DNA of 64,000 nucleotides from Halocafeteria seosinensis. Lineage: Eukaryota. A program made the translations under genes and the position numbers. Position 1 is the first letter of the stretch; each line of letters starts with the position of its first letter. Positions 36,963 through 48,603 of this stretch are shown here, piece by piece. The notes below the pieces were generated by a model. That model searched no databases, was not told the origin of the DNA, and saw nothing but the letters and a program-made list of their open reading frames with translations. Location of the stretch: contig LVLI01000251.1 of assembly GCA_001687465.1 (NCBI GenBank), positions 1 through 64,000 on the forward strand, read 5' to 3'.

Positions 36963-38075
36963 CTAAATTTGCCAAACCTCAGCCAACCCATTTTCCATTA
37001 TTCCCGGCTCTTGTACTGGATTCGCACTTACTACCGTATGTGTGGAAGTAGAGGAGCTTTGGCTTTGCGAGTACCAGCCGTTGTATGCCTCGTCCTGGTG
37101 TGTCGCGGATAGTGAATTGCTTCTATCTTGGTGCTTTGTACTAGGAGAGAGTGGGTTTTGAACAGGATGTCCCGTAGGCTTTGGCGGTGGTCGTCTGGCT
37201 TGAGGGGCCTCATTTTCTGGATCAGATTCCGCAAGTTCCCTGGTCTCGAGCTCCGATTGCCCAGCTTTCTTTCTCATGGAGTGTCGTCTGTACCATAGCC
37301 AACTGCCAACAATGAGAGCCACACCAATTAGTCCTCCGACTACTGCTCCGGCGATAACGCCAGCGCCGTTACCAGATGAAGCGTTTCCGGTACCGCTGGG
37401 GCTGGCCCCGAGCCTAGTAGAACTGGCAGAAGGACTGCGGGTCGCCGTGTTGTTTATGCTGTTCCGTGAAGAGAAACAAATATCCAGCAGTACAGACAAA
37501 TTAGCTGAGCTCATCAGTTCTGCTTCGAGAGAATAATTTTCACTGAGATGTGTTCTGCGGGGGAAGCCAACCTATTAAAAGGGAACGCTAACCTTTTGCT
37601 TCGCAGTGTACCAAGGGATCTTACTTATTTGATGCGTCCCCATTCACGTCCCAAGAATCATGTACTGTCTCCGCTTCTACGTACTCACAGTATGTAGATA
37701 TTACCTCTCCATATTGTTTCTTGCGAGCGCAAACACGAAGTAGAGCTGGTGCTAACGATTCATTGGCTCGGAGCTCTGTCCACGTCAAAGTCGGAGGAGG
37801 GTGTTCCATTACATTCGGAACGGAAACATTGCGGGGAATTTGCTCCACCAAATTTACTTCAAAGGCTACTCTCTGCGTTTTACGGTCATGGCATAACGTC
37901 GAAAGAAAAGGAAGAATCAGGCTCTGCAGTGGCTACCGGACCTTACCATGGTGGTGATCGGATCCAGCTCGGTGATGTGTCCTGAAGAGGCGCTGGGGCT
38001 TATTGTTACCGATTCATTGACTGCAGCTGCTCCATGAGTCAATACAGCCAGAAAATAGCAATAAACTACCCGCAT
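36963..38075 (-). CDS. Type I single-pass membrane protein, paralog 1 (multi-exon)
   Basis: Signal-like MRVVYCYFLAVLTHGAAA, ectodomain HPPPTLTWTELRAN...C...YCEYVE...WDV, TM GVIAGAVVGGLIGVALIVGSWLWY, and C-terminus EPGIMENGLAEVWQI. Confidence 0.75.
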
Positions 38076-38787
38076 GTTATTCTTGCGTAATACTTGAGCG
38101 TCGAAACTATTGGTTCGTTCGCTCCCAATTGACAGCGACCGGCTGGAAGTTACGCGCACATCAACGCCAGCATCGTGATTCGTCGACTCAAATTGAAAAA
38201 TCTACCCTTCTCGACAAATAGCACCAGAAAATGAATGTCCTTTCTGGCTGAATACCATTGCTGTATAACATCCCCGTTCTATTCGCTGTTTCTCAAAATG
38301 TCCGATTCAGTGGTTCACAGAGTTGCCGTGTCGCGAGGAAGTCGCAAGTGGAAACCAACGGACACACTAGCTTCCAACAGATGGCGAGTACACCCTTCAT
38401 TACATGCGACGTGCGCCAGTCTCCTTGGCTTTTTATAATGGAGGTTGCGTACTCATTATACGGAAAGGAGACGACCTGCAGGAGCAGCTGAGTGCTTTTG
38501 CAGTCGGTGGTGTACGGTAGGTAAAACGAGGATTATAGATCATTAACTTCGCAATGAATACATAATAGATGTCCTACTGATGAGATTAGCTCTCTACGAT
38601 TCAAATTTCCTCCACTTCAAGAAAAGAATTAATTCATAGCGGCTGAAAATAGCACCATGTTCTCAACACAGTCTTAAGGAGACTGCTCCGGACGGCATAT
38701 TACTTCCAGACAGCCACGATATACGAAATGACATTAAAGTACAACTCACAAACCTGTCGCTGCTTGGGAATCAGTCAGAAGCAATCT

Positions 38788-39712
38788 CTAAAGCCATGCC
38801 TCAGCGATTCCATTCTCCATAATACCTGGTTCACCTCCCTCGGTGGTTCCCTGGACACTTCCTTGGACAGGGTTATTTACAGATTTTTCAGGGAGAGCTA
38901 CTAATGACTCCGCTTTGTTGCCGCCTGAACGCCTTTTGCAGCAGCAACAGATGCCCATAATAAGGCCAAGTCCAGCAGCACTTCCAAGCACTGATCCTAC
39001 AACTACCCCAGTTGACGCACTGTTGCTGGAACCGCCATCGCCCGTCTTTGTGGTATTCCCATCATTCGAAGCATTTGAAAAACGAATATCCAGAAGCACA
39101 GACACATTTAACGAACTGTATAACTCCACTATCAGAGAACGGGAAACTTCAAAATCGGTTCTGTGGTGGTGAAACCCTACCCAGTAGTACTCAACGATGA
39201 TCAAGGAATGCACGCTTTATAGCTTACTTGTTATCGTCCTCATCATAATCACCGTAAACGTCCCAAGCATCAACAATATCATTTTCTTCCACTTGACCAC
39301 AATGCATTGGCAGTACCTTTTGTGTATGTAGCTTATATGTACACGTATGAAGTGGCGGAGGTGCTGCCGATACGTTGGATCGCAGAGCTGACCACTCCAA
39401 CGTCGGCGGAGGGTCTTCCAGAACATCCGATACTGTTATATTTTGCGGCTCCTCAGCTACGAGTTCGACGTATTCAGCATGCACCTGTGTTTCAAATTGG
39501 TTTCATTGTGATGAAAGTTTAAACAGTTGCATATAGTTATCCCTTACTCGTGGTCTATCGGGATCCACAGCCATGATTCCCGTTCCATTCGGTCGCAATG
39601 TGGGTGCCATTGGCTGTCCCCGAGCTGCCCGCGAGCAAAGATATACAACCAAAAAGAGAAGTAACGTATGAAAGACGCCATAGTGGCGCCGGTGCTCCCG
39701 TAAACCTCTCAT
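38788..39712 (-). CDS. Type I single-pass membrane protein, paralog 2 (multi-exon)
   Basis: Signal-like LLLFLVVYLCSRAARG, ectodomain DPPPTLEWSALRSN, TM GVVVGSVLGSAAGLGLIMGI followed by CCCCKRR, and C-terminus EPGIMENGIAEAWL. Confidence 0.75.
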
Positions 39713-40239
39713 CCATTGATTCGGTTACTGTGACTCGCCAAGAGGGAACCTGGGCAGCAAGATCCGTTAACCACGTAACTGCGACTACCTAGGACCGTTG
39801 CGGTCTTGTTGTCTCCTCATGGTAGATTTCTACTAGAACTATTCATTGAGCAGACATGATTATTTGGGGGACATGTCTCTGGCAATGTGAATGCTGTGTG
39901 AATCACTGCCTCCACGTGCGACCTACAAGTGCGATCCCGAGTAATCAAAAAATAACAACTTCTGACAGCAAGACGAAATTTCTCCCAGTCAGACGCTACT
40001 CGGGTCCTAGATGTTGCCCAGAAAGTAGGATAGCAGCGGCATTACTGGCACTCAATTCGACAATGCGCCGTTATCATCGTTGTTGCCTTATCGGAATTCC
40101 TAGATGTTCTTCTGTATACACCCTGCAACGAAGCTGGCTGACGTACTTGCAGCACAGCAGCTGTGTCGGTTTCCTGATTGACATTCCTCACATGTTTCCA
40201 CCTGACTGACATCGTCGGACGTTGTAGGATTAGGGCTAG

Positions 40240-41114
40240 TCACAATTTCCAGACCTCAGCAAGCCCATTCTCCATGATACCAGGATCTTCATTTGGCAGA
40301 GGATTCTTGACAGATTCCCCAGTTAAGGTATGCGAATTAAACTTGTCCCCAGGATTGTTTCCTCCTTTTCTACGTCTGCAGCAACACCAGATAGCTACAG
40401 CCACTCCAATTCCACCTCCACCTCCGAATATCACTCCAATGATCAATCCTGTATTTCTCCCACCACCAGAGCCTCCAAAACTCGATGTGCCATTGACACG
40501 AGCAATACGAAAGTCCAAATTTACGGTCATGTTGGAGGAACTTTTAATTTCTAGCATCAGAGAATGCACCAGTTCCTCTTCGGTCCTGCGTATCCGGGGG
40601 TCGAGAGTTTCCAGTAGTGTTCACTACCTAGGCAAATGAGACTTACTTATTGAAGTAATTTTCGTCCACTTCCCACAGTTCCCAAACGGTATCTTCTTCT
40701 ACCTCATCGCAGTATGTTCCTTTTACGATTCCCCATTGCTCTTTATGTGTGCACAGAGAGAGCGGGGCCGGAAACGCAGAGGCATTGGATTGCAACGCTA
40801 CCCAAGCCAACGTCGGTGGGGGGTCCTCTGCAAGATCGGGGATAGTTAAATTATGACGCTGACCCGGTAAGAGCTCCAGAACTACCTCATATATCTGCAT
40901 TCAAGAAGAAGAAAACAAATTATGCACGAGCCGTGCCACTGGGATCTGGCTGTTGACTTACTATGGGTCTCTCGGGGTCCTGGTCCATGACTGTTGTCCC
41001 ATTGTCGTTGGTTGTTGCAGTCGGGCCATGGGTGACCGTCGGTTGCACACTCTGAGACTGTACTCCATTGCAAAGGAGAAATGTGAGATAAAGAAGGACA
41101 AGTACGCCCTGCAT
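40240..41114 (-). CDS. Type I single-pass membrane protein, paralog 3 (multi-exon)
   Basis: Signal-like MQGVLVLLYLTFLLCNGVQS, ectodomain DPPPTLAWVALQSN, TM GLIIGVIFGGGGGIGVAVAIW followed by CCCRRRK, and C-terminus DPGIMENGLAEVWKL. Confidence 0.75.
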
Positions 41115-42604
41115 TCCATGATAGGGACTTGTCGGGTAAGGGAACTGCCCATGACGAGCACGTCTCCTCAGCAATCGTCGACATGAAGAAGTTAAGTGCG
41201 AATCTGCTCCCATTACTGCTTTTTTCAAAGGTACAGAGTCCTCAACCTGAACTCGAATTATCTCCAAAACATGCTTGTGCGATGATACTTAACAGAGGAA
41301 TGGCCGAACATTACCCAACATCCACCCCGTAAACGCAGTCGCAAACTCGCTAGTCGCAACTTTCGGGTCACATTTCCGAGACGTTGCCAGCAGAGTAGAT
41401 GCTCTCCAAAGAAGGCAAGTATGATCATGCGAAGAATCAGAATCCTCGACGAGGAAAAGCAGGCCGGCATAGCTCCATAGGGCTAGACTTTATGCTAGGA
41501 TGGAGCTGGCTACACCACGCCAACACCGTGTGGTGAAAACACTGCCCACTTCTTTTTGAGGAACTCGCTGGGAACTCATTCTGAAATCCGGAACAAGAGG
41601 AGGAGGAGCATATTCCGATTCTTCCCTTCGAAAACATTCTTAGTCGGCTCATCGTCTCAATCCCCACACCTAGGAAGTGCATCCCACATCAGATGCACGG
41701 CAGCGACATCAATTGCAGCGGCTATCTATGTACTCTCAGCGAATCACTTGTTGATACCGCCGCGAAATGCTTCCCTTAATATAATAATGTCTTAGCAAAT
41801 GTTGGCCGCCATGCCTGTTGGTTGCACTTTTTCAACGCTAAACTTGAGGAATCCAAAGATACCTCCGCACACCTTCGCAACACACTGTTCCTTGGAGCTG
41901 GGCGAAGCAGTGTGGGTAGAGATCCGCAATGGCACAAATATTACCCATCGAAAGTCGAACGGGTCCCAAATGATGGAGGCATGTTGAAGCGACCAGGTGC
42001 CAGGGGGCGGGCAAAAGCTGAAGCTCTACGGCCAAACATGTAGCAGTGCTTACAGGTACACCTCAAATAAACACAGCCCTTAAGCTGTGTGGCAACTGTA
42101 GAGTGTTCTTTCGGCATACACCTAGCATTGTACTGTACACAAAGCCCCCTTGTTGAAGAATCACGATCCCATTCGTCGAACATCGAGTAGAACATCGAAC
42201 GAACGGAGGATTGTTCGGTGTCCGATTAGAATGTACAACATATGGCCATTTTTTCTATGGCAATTGAATGCTATCTGCAAATCTTTGATAAACCAAAAAA
42301 TGTCGAACTTCACTACCGGCCGACTTTTCTTGCACGCTCCGGTGTAATTCAAACGTGAAGCAGATTCAACGGTATGCGAGTTCATCGTTGACACTACCTG
42401 TGGTACTATCAGTAGTAGTCTATCGATCTTCAGGATTGTCCATGCGTTTTTCTTTTTCATTTGTCAATCTACAAGGTGGGTGAGATTCATGAGACAAAGA
42501 CTTCAAAGAGGAGAATTCTCTCTGGCTTCAACCCAAATCGTGTGCGGCCTGTTCGCTGATGCCTTTGAAGGCATTACACCAAGTACACACACTTCCGGAA
42601 AAGG

Positions 42605-43426
42605 ATGGCTTCCAATTCCGGAAAAGAGACTCTTTACGTGCTAAAACTGCAACGAGGAAAGTACTACGTAGGTATTACCAAGAAGACCGTACAGGAGCGG
42701 TTCCAGCAGCATTTGAAAGGTGAGGGTGGAGCGCAATGGACTCGAAAATATAAGCCCGTGTGTATTGTCGAAGCTTGCGAAGCTAAGGACAGGTTCGATG
42801 AAGATGCCAAAGTCAAACGTTTGATGGGGATGTACGGAATTGGTAACGTCCGAGGTGGGTCTTACTCAACCGTCGACTTGGAGGAGGAGGACTATGATTT
42901 GCTGCAACGGGAATTAGATTCCGGCCAGGGGCGGTGTTATGCTTGTGGTAGTAAAGATCACTATGTAAACAAATGCCCTGCTGTACTAGCTGACCTCGAG
43001 AACCCGGATAACTTCTACAGCTTTTCACCGTCTTCTCACTGCAGCCCCCAGGAGGATGGTTGCTGGAAATGTGGGAGTCTTTCGCATTTCATTGCACAAT
43101 GTCCACATAACAAGCAACAACCAAAGTGGAAAGCTATGCCTTACTTTGGAAAAGGCACGGGTAACTTCTCTGGAGGTTCGAGTAAGATGCCTGGGAGTTG
43201 GGGAAACGGCAGCTCCTCATGGAACAAGGGGAGTGGAACTAAACGAAGGTTGAATGATATTCCTGGTCCTATCAACTCTTCTTGGAAGTCTTCCACGTCG
43301 TCAAAATCTGCCAGAAGTTGCCGTAGCGGACCATCTTCATTGAATTGCTTCCGTTGTGGCCGGGGTACTCATTGGGCACAGGACTGCTTCGCTCGGACTG
43401 ATGTTCTCGGTCGCTACATCGATTAA
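42605..43426 (+). CDS. GIY-YIG nuclease domain protein with three CCHC zinc knuckles
   Basis: LYVLKLQRGKYYVGIT...RFQQH...WTRKYKP...NVRGGSY, with knuckles CYACGSKDHYVNKC, CWKCGSLSHFIAQC and CFRCGRGTHWAQDC. Intronless. Confidence 0.88.
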   Translation: MASNSGKETLYVLKLQRGKYYVGITKKTVQERFQQHLKGEGGAQWTRKYKPVCIVEACEAKDRFDEDAKVKRLMGMYGIGNVRGGSYSTVDLEEEDYDLLQRELDSGQGRCYACGSKDHYVNKCPAVLADLENPDNFYSFSPSSHCSPQEDGCWKCGSLSHFIAQCPHNKQQPKWKAMPYFGKGTGNFSGGSSKMPGSWGNGSSSWNKGSGTKRRLNDIPGPINSSWKSSTSSKSARSCRSGPSSLNCFRCGRGTHWAQDCFARTDVLGRYID

Positions 43427-43854
43427 CTTGTAATTCTGCAAAATCTTACTCAATGTCTTTGGCTTTCTTCCCTTGTAGAGTTTTCCACAAGGAACCGAAT
43501 CGACCATACATACGTAACATTCAACAGCGATTCTGACAAAAACAGGCGCTGAATTCCCCGGAGACAAGGACCTTCTGGGTCACTATAATAGATCTAATGA
43601 TAATGACTTTGTGTAGCTGGATTTTAAGCTGGCGTTTATCTTGTTCCATTTTTTGCTCTCTGATGATCGACCAGCTTCTCCATGATTAAGAACCAGACAT
43701 ACACTGTTGTACTGGCTCAAACCCTTAATCAGGGAGTGGTTCACACGCTCTACAGCACCATATCGATTTGGTGAGTGTTGATTCTCAACTGCTTAGTTGG
43801 TTGTTCCTTTTAAGATCGAGATTTCGACAACCTTGGTGAAGTCCTTACGCACCA

Positions 43855-43950
43855 TGGGGACTGCTTCGCTGATCCGTCCGGCGAAGGTCAGACAGAACAA
43901 GAAGATCTTCTGAACCAAGCATCGGACTGTATCTGCCAGGGCAGCTTGGG
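43855..43950 (+). pseudogene. Degenerate 5' fragment of the adjacent Sel1-repeat gene
   Basis: CAGACAGAACAAGAAGATCTTCTGAACCAAGCATCGGACTGTATCTGCCAGGGCA aligns with CAGACGGAAGAAGAGGATCTTCTGAAGCAAGCATCCGAGTGTATCTACCAGGGCA at ~44350. Confidence 0.7.
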
Positions 43951-44310
43951 ATGCTTTACATTAATTTTCGTCCTCATACGATTTCACCATGATGCACATA
44001 CTCAAAATTATGTCACAATACCAAGTGTACCCTCCCAGTAGCGTAAGATACCGTTTCATAACTTCACTTGAGCCGCTCAGTGCTTCCAACCATGGTCCAT
44101 GCGCTGCCAGAACAACGGACATATCCGTACCTGTAGTGGTTCACACACGTTTGCATGATGCAACTTGTATCTATTACGCTTTGACTGCATATTGAATCCC
44201 GGATTGTACTGTTTTATTTCTGGACATTTTCTTGCCACATTCTTCTTTCTCTGTGGAGTGAAGGTTCTACCCCTGTTTGGTGAAGTTGTTCTTATCCGAG
44301 TACCAGGAAT

Positions 44311-45276
44311 ATGGCAACGGCTGCTCCCTTGATCCCCACGGGGGATGCTCAGACGGAAGAAGAGGATCTTCTGAAGCAAGCATCCGAGTGTATCTACCAG
44401 GGCAACTTTGAAGAAGCTGAAGGGCATCTCCTGGATGCCGAAAGTGACGGGGTAAACGTGGCTGTATACCGCATGGCCATGGCAGAACAAAAGCCGAAGC
44501 GTTTGGGGAAAGCAATTAAAGGGAAACTAGGCTCTGCAAATGACCCACTAATGCCCCTCATCAATGCCAGATTAGTCCTACTGGGTGCTTTGGATGCTGA
44601 CAAAAATGATGCATTGAGAACGCTGCAACGTGCAAGTGGTATGGCTGGCTACGCTGCCTACACGTTAGGTCGGTATTACGAAGGAGTCTTCGATGGCAAC
44701 AAGGACATTGAGCAAGCTCGAAGCTGGTATGGAATGGCACACAATGCTCATCAAGTTTCACTTGCGAAAGAGCGTTTGGATGCGCTGAACACGGGGTCAC
44801 AGAACACTTCCAATCAGGAAGACGAAGAGGCTAAAATAAGAAAAGAGTACCTGAGAATGTTTGAGTACCAAAAGCAAAAGGCGGAACAAAATGAATATAC
44901 TCAAATGAGGCATGTGGCCTTGTATTATCTGGAGCCAATGATGGGAATTCAAATAGTTCCGCAAGATACGGAACAAGGACTGTACTGGTTGCAACGAGGT
45001 GCACATTTTGGTGACCTTTTCGCTGCCGAAAAACTGGGTGACATATACGCACAAGGACTCTACGGTATCGAAAAAGACTTGGACACGGCCGCTAAGTGGT
45101 ATATACAGGGAGGCAGACATGCCTGCCGAAGAAAACTGGAGGATCTTGCTGAACAAGGAAGCAGAGAAGCCAAGCGCCAACTCGGACACTCCTTCTTCGG
45201 ATTCGGAAGCAACCAAGGGTCTCGAAAAAAGCCCCCGGGACGACAAGAAGAAGAGGACTGTTGTATTATTCTGTAA
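44311..45276 (+). CDS. Sel1-like repeat protein with C-terminal CaaX motif (CCIIL)
   Basis: Repeats AAYTLGRYYEG...DIEQARSWY, QDTEQGLYWLQRGA and AAEKLGDIYAQGLYGIEKDLDTAAKWY. The protein ends CCIIL. Confidence 0.88.
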   Translation: MATAAPLIPTGDAQTEEEDLLKQASECIYQGNFEEAEGHLLDAESDGVNVAVYRMAMAEQKPKRLGKAIKGKLGSANDPLMPLINARLVLLGALDADKNDALRTLQRASGMAGYAAYTLGRYYEGVFDGNKDIEQARSWYGMAHNAHQVSLAKERLDALNTGSQNTSNQEDEEAKIRKEYLRMFEYQKQKAEQNEYTQMRHVALYYLEPMMGIQIVPQDTEQGLYWLQRGAHFGDLFAAEKLGDIYAQGLYGIEKDLDTAAKWYIQGGRHACRRKLEDLAEQGSREAKRQLGHSFFGFGSNQGSRKKPPGRQEEEDCCIIL

Positions 45277-45769
45277 GAAACCATACTGTGGGTGCGCGCT
45301 TGCCTACCTTGATCTTGTACCGGTAATGAATAACGATCGTATCATGGCACTGATCCACTACATACTTTACTTCCATACATGTGTTCCGTCTCGATGTGAA
45401 AGACAGTGATAAGGGCATTGACGCTATACCGACATCTGTAGAAGTGTTCCAGAGATACTCCAAAGGCAACTGAAAGCAGTGCCACGCGGAACTGATCAAT
45501 CCGGTTCCACGTCTCACCGTGCATGCACTTTGATAAACACGTTACAGTACAACCTTACCACTTGTTTCCATATCGCCGCGAAGTAAAAATATCACATTTT
45601 AACCGAAACCCGTCAGAATCGTCCAGTTGATTCCCTAGATAGTATGGTGAATTTGTGGTGAGTCACCACTGGTGACCCACTCAGTTCGGGATTGGTTATA
45701 GTATTTCAACATGTACCGGTGTCGATGTACAACACTTGCACTGCATCAACACTTGGCAATTGGGATGTA

Positions 45770-46537
45770 ATGAACCACACAGCACGGCTCTTTTTGCTAT
45801 GGGCGTTGGTCATAGCGGTGGCGTATTCGGATGCAGGTGAGTGTATCCCTTGCTTTCGAACTGTTTCACTTCCTTATTCTTTGAGCTTCTCTCCAATTAC
45901 AGTGACCGATGAAGCCGTATGCATTTGCCAACCCTCCCAAAACGATGGCATTGCTGAGGAAATGAATCTCCGGCTCCTGGTGGAGAGTTGCCGCTCCTGT
46001 CAACCACGCTGCCAGTGGATCTATCCCAATCAGACAGCCATTTCGAAGTGCATTCCCTTACAGGATGAGCTTTGCGGAAGTAAATCCAAGCAGAATTCAG
46101 CCTTGAGAACTGGTAGCACAAAAAAGCTAGCCAAGTCCAAGCCTCGGGTTGAGGATTCCAACCAAGGCTCCAAGAAGTTGACAGCCAACATTACTGCCAT
46201 CACGTCTGTGGACTGTAGTGATCGAACTGTGACGATGAATATGGAGGTGGATCATGACAACCAGAAGCAAACTATTTGGTCGACCCTCATGTCTCCAGGT
46301 GGTCCCACAGTCACACTCTGTCAGAATAAACGCGTAGATGATGTCGAGCTCTACGAAGGGTTGAAGGTTCAAACACAGTACTTTGGGGCAGATCTACAGG
46401 TTACGTTGAATGGAACTATTAAAGATGGTGTTTCCTGCAAGTCATTTCTCGGCGAAGAGCTCTACCACGCACACTGCCCACAGAATCAACTCATGTATTC
46501 CAAAGAAAAAAGCGTTCCTGGTCGCCCCAGCGCCTGA
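45770..46537 (+). CDS. Secreted Cys-rich hypothetical protein
   Basis: Signal-like MNHTARLFLLWALVIAVAYS, a probable intron (GTGAGT at ~45837 to TTACAG at ~45902), then a Cys-rich open frame. Confidence 0.55.
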   Translation: MNHTARLFLLWALVIAVAYSDAGECIPCFRTVSLPYSLSFSPITVTDEAVCICQPSQNDGIAEEMNLRLLVESCRSCQPRCQWIYPNQTAISKCIPLQDELCGSKSKQNSALRTGSTKKLAKSKPRVEDSNQGSKKLTANITAITSVDCSDRTVTMNMEVDHDNQKQTIWSTLMSPGGPTVTLCQNKRVDDVELYEGLKVQTQYFGADLQVTLNGTIKDGVSCKSFLGEELYHAHCPQNQLMYSKEKSVPGRPSA

Positions 46538-47801
46538 TTCTTTCCAGTATTAATGTCAGCCTTGTCCAGGAATGTACGATCATCCCAGTAGATCGAGTCT
46601 TCAGCTATAGCAATTGGACCAATATTCCCCTTATAGTACTGACACTCCTGCAATGAAGACTGCACAGAAAATTCAAGGCTCTTGGTGTCCAGTGACACTA
46701 AGGATACATTTCGGTTGCTTTCGGGACACTCGAACCGCACACCTGTTCCGAGTATTGAACCATCCTTTGGATTAGATTGCAACTGCACGCAGTCTCAAGT
46801 ATATCAATATAAATCATATTGAGTATACTAACTGCAAAGAAGACTTACAGAAGTCACCTCAACGAACGTTCCTAGAGAGAACTCTCTCGACGCCCCAGTT
46901 TTCATGTTTACAGCAAAGAACTGCTGTTGAGGGTGATGGAGCACAGCTCCGATGATAAATTCGTCCAAAGCTGTGGAGTAGGTGGCGACGGTATAATGGA
47001 TATACGTGCTCAAACCGTGGCTGTCGTCGATAGTGATCTTGTTGCGAAGCTCGTGAGATTCCTCATCCAAGAAGCCTCCCACAAACGGGCCAGCTGCTTC
47101 TTCAAAACCGAAGACAAAGAGGTTTCCATCCTCGTCACAAGTCAAACCAGTGGGAGTTGGATTTGGCTTTCCGTTCGTAAGAATGTTCGAAAAGGGCAAA
47201 ACGACCTCTTGCACCAAGTCTCCCGTGCTAGTATCGAAACCTAGGAGCGAAGTGTTGGCAGTAGTCTTGTTCAGACCTGAAACCGAAGGACTGCACGTGC
47301 TCATCGAGCTACACCTAGAGTTTGTTGGTGGACATACCGAGGATGAACATCTTATTTTGATTCTTGGAAAGGCAACTCGTCTTGCCGATCGGCTTGTAGG
47401 GCGCTGAGCCGATCTGCTTGGAATATCCTGTTTTTGCATCGACTGCATATCATATAAAGGCAAGAAAGAGCTGAACCTCCATTCACATGCATAGGACCCC
47501 AGTATAGTCATTTCGTCCTTGAACTTGCCGGAATAGACATCTATGCCGTGCATCGCCTCCGTGAGCATCAAGATGAGCCTTGAATTCCACGCTCCGGCGA
47601 TTCACATGCCTCCCAGAAGCCATACACTCCTGTTTACACACACTTACTTCGAAGCAATTGCGACTGATATCCGAATTCTGTGACTCCCAGTAGATACGGA
47701 TTCGAAGTGGTGAATGGGTCAGCAGCACCGGCGAACCTCATCCCGAGAAATCCCGTCACGAGACACCACAGGGACCACAACCATCCCATCCGACGATTCA
47801 T
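46486..47801 (-). CDS. Secreted hypothetical protein, multi-exon, possibly beta-propeller-like
   Basis: Signal-like MGWLWSLWCLVTGFLGMRFAGA. Consecutive minus-strand frames (LLGFDTSTGDLVQEV, FFAVNMKTG, LVSLDTKSLE) are separated by GT-AG introns. Confidence 0.55.
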
Positions 47802-48603
47802 TGCTTTGGCTTCCACCTCCGAAACCAGAACACGCAAGGCTATTTCCACCAGGACTGAGCGCATCCACCGTATTGACCTCTATGAACAAGACTACCACAT
47901 GCAAGCCTACAATCGCCGCATAGGGCGGTTCGACGAACACTCGCAGCGGGAAGTTCCTCAGCAACGCTGAGAATTTTTAGGATGATGGGGGGTATGTTGA
48001 AAAGGTTACAGCAGGTATTCTCAATTCTGAATTCTGTTCCTCCTACGTCCTCGCTCTCATACACAGTCAATCCGTACTTGATGCAGAACTACTTGTACCT
48101 GTGGCAGGCAGGCTGACTCGTAGCTGGTAGCCTAGTGCACTGTGCACAGTTGTAGTACAAGATGGAGATTAAGTGGATATAGGGGCTCTATTTACATTAG
48201 GATAAAAGATGTGTTCGATGAAATGCTGCCGTCTGCTTGTTCACCTCGGTGCATTGAGGCTTAGGAAGTCTTGTCGAGTTTCTCGGTTGCTGGATTTTCG
48301 AAATGATTAGTTGCACAATCGGGAACCTCACCTGAAACATTAGCGACAAAGCGGTTCCCAATGAGTGAGAGGGGCTATAGACCATTAAGTATGATCGGAC
48401 ATCAGTATGATTGCCATTTACGAGAGTATGCGGTCTTTCTCACATAAGCATACCATGGGTAGGGCACCAGTATGTCTATCCGATGCTGAATGCCTTGTAT
48501 TGAGTTCCGGAAAAGGCCTTTAGCTGGAATTTGAAACGATATTGATGACACGAACTCACTCCCTCATATTCGAAGGATATCCTCTTCCAATTGTGCAGGA
48601 ACT

